Below are positions 27,592-35,776 of a DNA stretch of 64,000 nucleotides, one piece after another. The notes below the pieces were generated by a model, which worked only from the letters and a program-made list of their open reading frames with translations, had not been told where the DNA came from and ran no database searches. Origin of the DNA: Haloarculaceae archaeon (lineage in GTDB: Archaea; Halobacteriota; Halobacteria; Halobacteriales; Haloarculaceae); NCBI GenBank assembly GCA_042216055.1, contig JBDGUH010000001.1, forward strand, positions 2,213 to 66,212, given 5' to 3'. Every line of letters starts with the position of its first letter. The stretch's first letter is position 1. A program made the position numbers and the translations under genes.

Positions 27592-28662
27592 TCAGTCGTA
27601 GCGAACGCGGCCGTCGTCGGTCACGTCCGTCACGGTCCCCTCGGGCGCGAACGTCGTCGCGACCATCGAGGACTCGATCGTGTCGCCGCCGTCGAGTACG
27701 TCGATGGTGCCGTTCTCGCGCTGGGCGTCGGGGATCGTGTTGCCGGGGTAGGCCGTCGTCGGTTCGATGCCGGCGGTGTAGTTGCGCCCCCAGAACGGCG
27801 CCTCGTTGGCCCCGCCGAAACACTGCCAGTACCACAGCGTCTCGAACGGGTCGACCGGCCAGGTGAGCGCGAATCCCAGATCGAGATCGGGGTTCCGGAC
27901 GGCGTACCACCCGTCCGCGAGTTCCGTGCCGTACACCATGTCGAGATACCCCTTCTCGGGCAGCACCGAGAGGTCGACCGCGTCCCCGTCGGTGCCGGGG
28001 GCGTTCGGCCACTCGAAGAAGCTATCGCCCGCGAGGCGGGCGGTGTCGGCGTCCGGGCCGTAGGTGTCGACGTAGGCCCGCTCGATCGGCGCGTCCAGGC
28101 GAGACCCCGGTGCGGCCAGCGGTTCGCCGAGCGCGAGATGGTGCTGCCAGATGTACTCCAAGTCGACCTCGCTGAGATTGGTGATCGACTCGTCGATCTC
28201 GAGGCGGGACGCGTCCGCGGGGAGCGTCAGTTCGCGGGTCACGTCGAAGGGGTAACGCCGCAGTTCGGTCGACAGTTCAAGCGCCACGGCCTCGTCGTCG
28301 TCGCGGGTGATCTCGGCGTCCCAGGGGAGGAGCGCGCTCTCGCCGTGGTGGTCGTAGTGGTTGCCGGGAAAGTCCATCCCACCCGCGCCAGCGATCGGGA
28401 GGTTCACCTGCCAGCCCCCCGGATAGAAGTCGTTCCAGGACAGCTCAGTCGTCGGGATCCGCCGCTCGGCCGGCGGCACCCAGTCGTGGTCGGCGTGCCA
28501 GAGCACGTCCACGTCCGTGCGCTTGTCCCTGAACTCGACGATGTCCCCGCCCTTGCCCGGGAGCACCGTGAGACGGAGGTGTCGGTTCTCCAGGATCGCG
28601 GCCTCGACCCCCTTGTAGGTGTAGTCCGTCGAGATCCGCGGGCGATCGTTCCAGTAGCTCAT
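27592..28662 (-). CDS. Aldose-1-epimerase-like (galactose mutarotase fold, DUF4432-like) protein
   Basis: ILENRHLRLTVLPGKGGDIVEFRDK...DVLWH...YPGGWQ...HGES pattern. The assignment is by resemblance only. Confidence 0.5.
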   Translation of the reverse strand: MSYWNDRPRISTDYTYKGVEAAILENRHLRLTVLPGKGGDIVEFRDKRTDVDVLWHADHDWVPPAERRIPTTELSWNDFYPGGWQVNLPIAGAGGMDFPGNHYDHHGESALLPWDAEITRDDDEAVALELSTELRRYPFDVTRELTLPADASRLEIDESITNLSEVDLEYIWQHHLALGEPLAAPGSRLDAPIERAYVDTYGPDADTARLAGDSFFEWPNAPGTDGDAVDLSVLPEKGYLDMVYGTELADGWYAVRNPDLDLGFALTWPVDPFETLWYWQCFGGANEAPFWGRNYTAGIEPTTAYPGNTIPDAQRENGTIDVLDGGDTIESSMVATTFAPEGTVTDVTDDGRVRYD

Positions 28663-28790
28663 ACGTCTTCCTCCGCTCGCTGATATTTAAGGCTCCCTCC
28701 TGCGGCAGGCGGGACGTGGACGGCACGGGGCGGCGGAGACCTGTGGGCGCAGGAAAACTTATACGTCGCTGGTAGGGATCACTTACCAGT

Positions 28791-29972
28791 ATGGCGAAGC
28801 TATCGACGGACGTGAACCGTCCGTACCTCCCGGAGCAGGGGGCGACGGTGAGCGCCGAGATCGAAGTCGAGGCACCGCCACAGGAGGACCCGGTCGACAG
28901 ACACGTGGCGCTGTGTATCGACGCCAGCGGATCGATGTCCGGGGCGAAGATCCAGCGCGCCCGCGACGGGGCGGAGTGGGTGTTCGGACTGCTCTCCCCG
29001 GACGACTACGTGAGCGTCGTGGCGTTCGACGACGGCCCCGAGATACTGCTGCCCGCGACGCGATGGGGCGACATCGACCGATCGGAGGCCGCCGCGCGGA
29101 TCGACCGGCTCACCGCCGGCGGCGGCACCGACATGTACAGCGGCCTCGACGCCGCCCGCGATTCGCTGGCCGAACTCCCGATGGCGGCCTCGACCGTCCG
29201 GCGGATCCTCCTGCTCTCGGACGGGAAGGACAACCACCGCGGCCCCTCGGAGTTCGAGGTACTCGCCCGCGACATCGACGCCGACGGCATCCGCATCAAG
29301 TCCGCCGGCATCGGGTCGGACTACAACGAGCACACCATCCGGACGCTCGGAACGACCGCACGCGGGGAGTGGACCCACCTCTCGGCGGCGGGCGACATCG
29401 AGCAGTTCTTCGGCGAGGCCGTCGAGCAGGCGGGGACCGTCGTGGCGCCGGACGCGACGCTCGCACTCGACGTGGCGCCCGGCGTCGAAGTCAGCGACGT
29501 CTACCGGGCCCGTCCCCAGACCCAGGAGGTCGATCCGGACTGGCAGGACAACAGCGCCGTCATCCAGTTGCCGGACCTGCTGGATCGCCAGACCCAGAAG
29601 GTCGTGCTCAAGCTACAGGCGCCGCCACGGGCGGTCGGCGAGTCGGTGACGCTGGCGGACGTGACTCTCTCCGCGCGGGGAGAGACGGCGCGCGGTGCCA
29701 TCACCGTCGAGTACAGCGACGACCCGACGGAACTGGCCGAGGACCGCGAGGACGTGTCGATGGCCCACCGCGAGACGGTCATCAAGACGGAACTCGGCAA
29801 GGGCAACGTCGAGACGGCCGAGACGCAACTCGAGACGATGGCCGCGGTCCACGGCGAGCAGACCCAGGTCGTCCAGGAGATGGAACGGGAGACCCAGCTC
29901 GTCAAGGAGGGCGGCCGCGAGGAGCAGAGCCGCGCGACGAAGGTCGTGACCGACGAGGGCGTCCAGCAGTGA
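28791..29972 (+). CDS. von Willebrand factor type A (vWA) domain protein
   Basis: MIDAS motif LCIDASGSMSG, then VSVVAFDD, GGGTDMYSGL and ILLLSDGKDN. The C-terminal ~170 aa have no recognisable domain. Confidence 0.85.
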   Translation: MAKLSTDVNRPYLPEQGATVSAEIEVEAPPQEDPVDRHVALCIDASGSMSGAKIQRARDGAEWVFGLLSPDDYVSVVAFDDGPEILLPATRWGDIDRSEAAARIDRLTAGGGTDMYSGLDAARDSLAELPMAASTVRRILLLSDGKDNHRGPSEFEVLARDIDADGIRIKSAGIGSDYNEHTIRTLGTTARGEWTHLSAAGDIEQFFGEAVEQAGTVVAPDATLALDVAPGVEVSDVYRARPQTQEVDPDWQDNSAVIQLPDLLDRQTQKVVLKLQAPPRAVGESVTLADVTLSARGETARGAITVEYSDDPTELAEDREDVSMAHRETVIKTELGKGNVETAETQLETMAAVHGEQTQVVQEMERETQLVKEGGREEQSRATKVVTDEGVQQ

Positions 29973-29991
29973 TCCCCCCGGGAGGGCACGC

Positions 29992-31230
29992 GTGAGCGCA
30001 CAACCGGAGACCGGTGACCTGGTGGCCGACCGCTACAAACTCGAGGAGCCGGTCGGCGAGGGCGGGTTCGCCAGGGCCTACCGCGCGCTGGACGTCCACA
30101 GCGGCGGGACGGTCGCCGTCAAGTATCCCAACTACGAGGGCTCGAGCAACGACGCCGACGTGATCGAGCAGTACTTCCTGAAGGAGGCCGAGACCCTCGA
30201 GAAGATCCGGGCGGCCGGCGGCCACCCGAACGTGATGGACCTGATCGAGCGCGGGGACGACGGCGGCACGCCGGTGCTGGTCGTGGAGTTCGTCGACGGC
30301 TACGAACTGGACGAGGCCCTGGACGCGGTGGGGACGGCGACGGACGACGAACAGGTCCGGGAGGTCGGGATCGGCCTCGCCGACGCGATGTCGTTCCTCC
30401 ACGAGAACGAGATCGTCTACCGCGACCTGAAGCCGGACAACGTGATGCTGACCGAACCCGAGGGCGACGAGGTGGCCCGCCCGGTCCTGATCGATTTCAA
30501 CACCGCGACCGGGTTCCAGGGCGGCGCGGCCGAGGACTCGAGCACGACGATCCTCGGGCCGTACAAGCCCCCGGAGGTGACCGACGCGAGCGGGTTCGAC
30601 GGCCATCAGGGCCCCTGGTCTGACGTCTACTCCATCGGGAAGATCCTCCTCTTTCTCCTGCGCGGGAACGTGCCGAAGATGGACGGCGTCGACCCGCGGG
30701 ACTTCGGTGCTGACTGTGCGCCCTACCTCGCCGAGATCGTCGAGCGCGCGACGACGGCCGACCCCGATGAGCGCTACAGCAACGCGACGGTACTGCGTGA
30801 CGTGCTCGAGCGCAGGGACGCCGAACCGCCGGCTCGCGCGACGTTGAAACACGTACAGGGGGACCGTACCCACGAGATCGAACCGGGGGCGACGATCGGG
30901 CGTGCGGGCGCGGCCGGTCCGCGCGCGTCGATCACGGTCGCGGACCCGCAGGGAGAGCACATCTCCTCGGTACAGGTCCAGTTCGACACGGACCCGGACG
31001 GCGACTGGGTGCTGAGAGACCGCAGCGTCAACGGAACCTACGTGTTCCGGGACGGTCGGTGGCAGCGCGTCCTCTGTGACGCGGGGCGCCAGCGCCTGCG
31101 AGACGGGGCCAAGGACCCGACCGACCAGCACGGTGACGCCCCGCCGGAGTCGCTGCGACTCTCGGACGGGGACATCATCGCACTCGTCGATCAGACCTAC
31201 GGGGTCAGCTTCGAGTTCAGGGAGGACTGA
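29992..31230 (+). CDS. Hanks-type Ser/Thr protein kinase with C-terminal FHA domain
   Basis: GEGGFARAY...VAVK (subdomains I and II), YRDLKPDNVML (VIb), DFNTA, SIGKIL. The C-terminal part (ATIGRAG...SSVQVQF...RDRSVNGTYV) is FHA-like. GTG start. Confidence 0.85.
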   Translation: MSAQPETGDLVADRYKLEEPVGEGGFARAYRALDVHSGGTVAVKYPNYEGSSNDADVIEQYFLKEAETLEKIRAAGGHPNVMDLIERGDDGGTPVLVVEFVDGYELDEALDAVGTATDDEQVREVGIGLADAMSFLHENEIVYRDLKPDNVMLTEPEGDEVARPVLIDFNTATGFQGGAAEDSSTTILGPYKPPEVTDASGFDGHQGPWSDVYSIGKILLFLLRGNVPKMDGVDPRDFGADCAPYLAEIVERATTADPDERYSNATVLRDVLERRDAEPPARATLKHVQGDRTHEIEPGATIGRAGAAGPRASITVADPQGEHISSVQVQFDTDPDGDWVLRDRSVNGTYVFRDGRWQRVLCDAGRQRLRDGAKDPTDQHGDAPPESLRLSDGDIIALVDQTYGVSFEFRED

Positions 31231-31231
31231 G

Positions 31232-32749
31232 ATGCGATACAGCACGAACTACGACGTCGGCGAGCGGAAGCGAGAGGACGGCATCAACGAGGACAGCATC
31301 GCGCTGGCGGTGTTCGAGCAGGGCCACCGCGAGGGCTACCGGGGGGAGGACCGACCGCTCGGTGACCGCCCGCCGGACGCCGCCGTGGCGAACGACGACG
31401 CCCAGGCGGGCGAGAGCGCGACGGCGGAGCCCGCAGCGAACGACGACCGGACACGTGACCGGGACGAGAAATCGCCGGACGACGGCGAGGTGCGCGCCGA
31501 CGAAGCGGTGCCCGCCGAGCAGGGATGGCACGCCGAGGACAGGTCGGACGACGAAGACGTGGACGGGGTGGACGTCGAAGACGAGGACGAAAGGGACGCC
31601 GAAGCCGAGGACGGGGTAGACGCCGAAGCCGAGGACGGTGCGGACGCTGAAGACGTGGGCGGAGCGAACGCCAAAGACGAGAACGGATCGGACGCTGAAG
31701 ACGTGGGCGGAGCGAACGCCAAAGACGAGAACGGAGCGGACGCCGAAGACGAGAACGGAGCGGACGCCGGGGATGAGAACGAGGTGGCGGCCGACACCGT
31801 CGACGAGAATGCCCGGACAGCGCCGCTGAACCGTTCCGGGGCCGCGTTCGCCCTGGCGGACGGCGCGGGCGGACACGAGGCGGGGGACGCCGCCTCGTAT
31901 ATCGCGTCTGCCGTCGCCGTCGAGGAACTGGCGTCCGTGGCCGTGCGAGCCACGCGGACCGACCCCCAAGGGTTCGACCTGCCGGAGGGCGTCCCGGCCC
32001 CCGAACGGTCGACCGACGAGGAGATGCAGGGGGCCGTCGAGCGCGCGGTCGTCGCCGCCCACCGCCGCGTCCTCGAGTACGCCGCGAGCGAGGGAACCCC
32101 CGCGTACACGACGATCGTCGCGGGCGTCGTCGCGGACGGTCGCCTCCACTACGGGTGGGTCGGCGACAGCCGGGCCTACGTCGTCAACCGCGAGCGGGGC
32201 GATCTGGCGCTGCTGACCAAAGACCACGCCGTCGTCGAGGAACTCGCCGACGCCGGCGAGGTCGACGAGGTCGAGGCACACGTCCACCCGCGGGGCAACG
32301 AGATCACGCGGGCGGTCGGCGGTGCCGGCGACGCCGATCCCGAGACGGCGGCGGTCCCGGTCGAGACGGCGTCCGTGCCGCTGTACGCCGAGGACGTGCT
32401 GGTGGTCACGAGCGACGGCCTGATCGACGCCCAGACCGACGCGCCGTCGCTGTACGAGGAGTACCGCGAAGCGGGCCGCGACGAGGCGGCCGCCGAGACC
32501 GTCCTCGAGAAGGTCGTCACGGACGCGCAGGTACGTGACCTCGTGCTCTCGGCGTCGACGCTCGACGAACTGGTCGACGACGCGGTCGAACTGGCGAACG
32601 ACCGCGGCGGGAAGGACAACGTCTCGATCCTGGCGCTGTCCGCGCCGTCCGCGCCACCCACCCCCGCCGACGGCGGTCTCCCGACCAGGGCCGCCGACCC
32701 CGACGTCCCCCTCGAGGAACGCGAGACGGTGCTCGTTCCCGAGAAGTGA
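31232..32749 (+). CDS. PP2C-family Ser/Thr phosphatase with a large acidic repeat insertion
   Basis: NEDSIALAVF, ALADGAGGHEAGDAAS, VGDSRAYVV, VVTSDGL and GGKDNVSILAL are PP2C motifs. A ~190-aa D/E/A/G-rich segment separates motifs 1 and 2. ATG lies 1 nt after the kinase stop. Confidence 0.85.
   Translation: MRYSTNYDVGERKREDGINEDSIALAVFEQGHREGYRGEDRPLGDRPPDAAVANDDAQAGESATAEPAANDDRTRDRDEKSPDDGEVRADEAVPAEQGWHAEDRSDDEDVDGVDVEDEDERDAEAEDGVDAEAEDGADAEDVGGANAKDENGSDAEDVGGANAKDENGADAEDENGADAGDENEVAADTVDENARTAPLNRSGAAFALADGAGGHEAGDAASYIASAVAVEELASVAVRATRTDPQGFDLPEGVPAPERSTDEEMQGAVERAVVAAHRRVLEYAASEGTPAYTTIVAGVVADGRLHYGWVGDSRAYVVNRERGDLALLTKDHAVVEELADAGEVDEVEAHVHPRGNEITRAVGGAGDADPETAAVPVETASVPLYAEDVLVVTSDGLIDAQTDAPSLYEEYREAGRDEAAAETVLEKVVTDAQVRDLVLSASTLDELVDDAVELANDRGGKDNVSILALSAPSAPPTPADGGLPTRAADPDVPLEERETVLVPEK
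31643..31738 (+). repeat. Near-perfect 2 x 48-bp tandem repeat inside the PP2C acidic insert
   Basis: GACGCTGAAGACGTGGGCGGAGCGAACGCCAAAGACGAGAACGGA(T/G)CG occurs twice in a row (31643-31690 and 31691-31738). Related 24-bp units follow. Confidence 0.9.
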
Positions 32750-32851
32750 CGCGCTGGCTGTTGATACCCCCGGAAAGCGTTTCGTAACCTGTCCTGTTAC
32801 CTTGCAATAACTATTTTCTACCCCGCAGGTGAACTACGCGAACGAAACACA

Positions 32852-34114
32852 ATGTCAGAATCAACGACCGACACGCAGGTGGAGTGTCTCGTGTGTGGGG
32901 AATCGTTCGATCCGACTGAGGCTGGGGGTTGGTGTACGAACCCGGAGTGTGGCGAATGGCGCTACGAGGGGCCGGAGGTGCCCCAGCCCGACGACGCCGC
33001 CGACGATAGTGCGGCGGACGTCGCGGACGAGGGCGACGCGGATCTCGAATCCGACGAGGACGGACCGCTCGGCGACCTGACCGACGCTGATCTCGAGGAA
33101 GGGAGCGGGGACGCCGACGCGTCAGCCGGCGACGACCGAGGGGACGGCATCGACGCCGACGCCAACGGGGAGGCGGACGCCGAAGACAGTCCTAAAGAGG
33201 ACGCCGGTGACATGGACGGTGCCGACGCCAGCGCTGAAGCAGACGCCGACGGCGTGGCCAGTCCCGAAGGCGGAGCCGTGGCCGACGACATGAACACCGA
33301 TTCCGACGTGGACGCCGCCGGGACGGCCGGCGACGACGCCGGGATGGCCCCCGATGCGACAGGTGGAGACGCGGCTTCTACTGACGAAGATGCGACTTCT
33401 ACTGACGAGAACGCGGCTTCCACTGACGAAGAGGCGACGCCCGCCGACGAGGCCCCCTCGGCGGACGCGGAACGGGAAGCCGCGACGGAGGCCCCCTCGG
33501 ACGGGGAGACGGGGGAGGGCGAGACGATCGACTGTCCGGACTGTGGGGCGTCGCTCGCGCCGGACGTGAACTTCTGCTCGCAGTGCGGGACCGACGTCTC
33601 GGACCTCCCGATCGAGGGGCTGTCGGCCTGTCCGTCCTGTGGCGCCGACGTGGACGACGACGACAACTTCTGTGCGAGTTGCGGCGAGGACCTGGCCGCC
33701 CGCCGCGAGGACGATGCGGGGGAGACGGCGCCCGAAGGAACGAGCCCGGAGGACGACGAAGTGGCCCCCGCAGCCGGTGAGGCGGGGGCGACGACCGAGG
33801 CCGAAGACCTGCCCGAGTCGCTCGTGCTCGAGGTCCGCGGCGGCGAGATCGACGTGAGCGACGGCGACGCCGTGGGAAAGCAGGTCCGGACGGCCATCAC
33901 GGACGCCGGCGGCTCCGAGGAGGAGGCGCTGAAAGTCCACCGCGAGCACGTCCGGATCGTCCGGGAGTCGGACGGCTTCTACGTCGTCGACCTGGGTGAC
34001 AACCCGACGAACGTCGCCGGACAGCGGCTCACCAAGGGCGAGCGAGCGAAGATCGAGCGCGGAGACACAATCTCGCTGTCCGGGGTCGCCACGCTGACGG
34101 TCCGGTATCCCTGA
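32852..34114 (+). CDS. Zinc-ribbon / acidic linker / double zinc-ribbon / FHA-domain protein
   Basis: N-terminal CLVCG...CTNPEC. Long D/A/E-rich linker. DCPDCG...CSQCG and CPSCG...CASCG. The C-terminal FHA-like fold is VGKQVR...HREHVRIV...NPTNVAGQRL. Confidence 0.75.
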   Translation: MSESTTDTQVECLVCGESFDPTEAGGWCTNPECGEWRYEGPEVPQPDDAADDSAADVADEGDADLESDEDGPLGDLTDADLEEGSGDADASAGDDRGDGIDADANGEADAEDSPKEDAGDMDGADASAEADADGVASPEGGAVADDMNTDSDVDAAGTAGDDAGMAPDATGGDAASTDEDATSTDENAASTDEEATPADEAPSADAEREAATEAPSDGETGEGETIDCPDCGASLAPDVNFCSQCGTDVSDLPIEGLSACPSCGADVDDDDNFCASCGEDLAARREDDAGETAPEGTSPEDDEVAPAAGEAGATTEAEDLPESLVLEVRGGEIDVSDGDAVGKQVRTAITDAGGSEEEALKVHREHVRIVRESDGFYVVDLGDNPTNVAGQRLTKGERAKIERGDTISLSGVATLTVRYP

Positions 34115-34163
34115 TACGAATTCTTGCGAGTTCCTCCTCGCCGGTCGAGAAACAGTTAAGGTA
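34115..34163. mobile_element. Degenerate, internally deleted MITE-like remnant directly after a TGA stop
   Basis: TACGAATTCTTGCGAG matches the MITE left end at about 13/16 positions. CGGTCGAGAAAC resembles the conserved CGGTCGAGACGG core. The right end is unclear. Confidence 0.35.
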
Positions 34164-34188
34164 CGTGCTGGGGCTAGTTGCGTCCGAG

Positions 34189-35286
34189 ATGGCAGACCGG
34201 GACGCCGGGAAGTCGATCGTCGACACCCTCCGCCTCGTCGGGTCGGCGGAGCGGTGGGTCGTGCGCGACGCGGTGCTCGGGTACGTGCTGTTCGCGGCCT
34301 GGTTCGCCGTGACGGGAACGGCGCTGGGCAGCGTCGTCGATTCCCTCGGGCGGAAGCCCCTGCTGGCGGTGCTCGCCGTCCTGTGGCTCGTTCTCCCGGG
34401 CGTCGTCGTCGCGTGGCGCGTCTTCGACGGCGTCACCAACCTCCGCGGGAACGTCGACGGCGCCTACCGGTCCGACCGACCGGGACTGTTGCTCGTGATC
34501 CCCCTCGTCGTGGTCGCGGCAGGGATCGGGGCTGCACGCCTGCTCGGCCCGAGCAGTCCGGTCGCGGCCGCCGTGCTCTCCGTCGGTGCCGTCGCAGTCC
34601 TGGTTCGGACGGTCGCCTACGGCCTGCGCGTCTACTCGTTTTCCCGGCCGTACCTTCTCCGCGCGGTCGCCTTCGTCAGCGGGTGCGGGTTCGCCGCGGG
34701 AGTGATCCTCCAGGTGCTGGCCGTCACCGGCCGCTGGGGACTGGTCCCCGCGGCCTCGGGGCTCGGGCCGTCGACGCTCGCGAGGGCTGTTCCCCTCGGG
34801 CCGCTGACGGTGCCGCCGGTCCCCTGGGCCGTCGTCGTGGCGAGCGTGGGCCCGCCGCTCGCCTATCTCGCGGTGCAACTCCCGGTCAGCGCCGTCGTCC
34901 GGTGGCGGTCGCCCGTCCTCGATCCGGCCGAAGTCCGGGCGGGCCAGCGCGTGCCGGCGACCGCGACCGTCCGGACGGGCGCCGCCGGACGCGAGAGCGA
35001 ACACGGCCCAACGGACGGCGGCGCGGGTGAGGACCATGATGCCGACGAGGCCGGCGACGAGGGAGGAATTCAGCCTGGGTCGAGTGGCACACGAGTGTTC
35101 CAACCGGACGCCGACGGCGACGACGGGGGGTCGCCGCTCGGCGAGGACACCGACGTGTTTCGGCCGGGAGACGGGGACGAGACCGCACAGAGCGGGTCGT
35201 GTCCGGCCTGTGGACGGGCGGTCGACGGCGACGACGCGTTCTGTCCGACCTGTGGTATCCCGCTTCAGGAGGAGACGAGTTCGTAG
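34189..35286 (+). CDS. Multi-pass membrane protein with C-terminal zinc ribbon
   Basis: About 7 hydrophobic segments, an acidic linker, then CPACG...CPTCG. Start is ATG 34189 (GTG 34165 is also possible). Confidence 0.6.
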   Translation: MADRDAGKSIVDTLRLVGSAERWVVRDAVLGYVLFAAWFAVTGTALGSVVDSLGRKPLLAVLAVLWLVLPGVVVAWRVFDGVTNLRGNVDGAYRSDRPGLLLVIPLVVVAAGIGAARLLGPSSPVAAAVLSVGAVAVLVRTVAYGLRVYSFSRPYLLRAVAFVSGCGFAAGVILQVLAVTGRWGLVPAASGLGPSTLARAVPLGPLTVPPVPWAVVVASVGPPLAYLAVQLPVSAVVRWRSPVLDPAEVRAGQRVPATATVRTGAAGRESEHGPTDGGAGEDHDADEAGDEGGIQPGSSGTRVFQPDADGDDGGSPLGEDTDVFRPGDGDETAQSGSCPACGRAVDGDDAFCPTCGIPLQEETSS

Positions 35287-35690
35287 CTGTGCTCGCTCAT
35301 CTCGTCCTCGACGAAGACGAACACCCGTCCGTCGAGCGTCTCGTGATCGACGGCCACCTCGGCGCGTAACTGTCCGCCCCTGACCGTGACGCCGGGGAAC
35401 AGTTCGTCCTCCTCGCCGTCCGCGAGGACGACGCGTCCGACGCCCGTGTCCTCGAGGATCTCGTCGGCGGTTTTCAGGTCGTTGACGTACACGAGCACGC
35501 CCTGCGTCTCGGAGGCGTCGGTGACGAGCACGTGGACCTCCTTGCCGGGCGGGGTCGTGAGGCACCCCTCGGTCCGTTCGGGCACGCCGTGGTAGAAGAC
35601 CTGCCGACCGTCGGTGTACTCGACGGCCACCCCGTCCTCCGTGAGTTCGATGCCGACGGTGGCCGGCGGGACGTCGTTGCGGTTGGACAT
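35265..35690 (-). CDS. Conserved haloarchaeal hypothetical protein
   Basis: Compact acidic ORF with coding-like composition starting at ATG 35690. No recognisable motif. Confidence 0.5.
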   Translation of the reverse strand: MSNRNDVPPATVGIELTEDGVAVEYTDGRQVFYHGVPERTEGCLTTPPGKEVHVLVTDASETQGVLVYVNDLKTADEILEDTGVGRVVLADGEEDELFPGVTVRGGQLRAEVAVDHETLDGRVFVFVEDEMSEHSYELVSS

Positions 35691-35776
35691 GCCGAGTCGT
35701 TCGGGGTCCCGTGTCAAAAGCGGCCCGTCTCGGGTCGCCGGTGGCCGCTCGACGTGCACGTCAGATGTGTCCGCGG

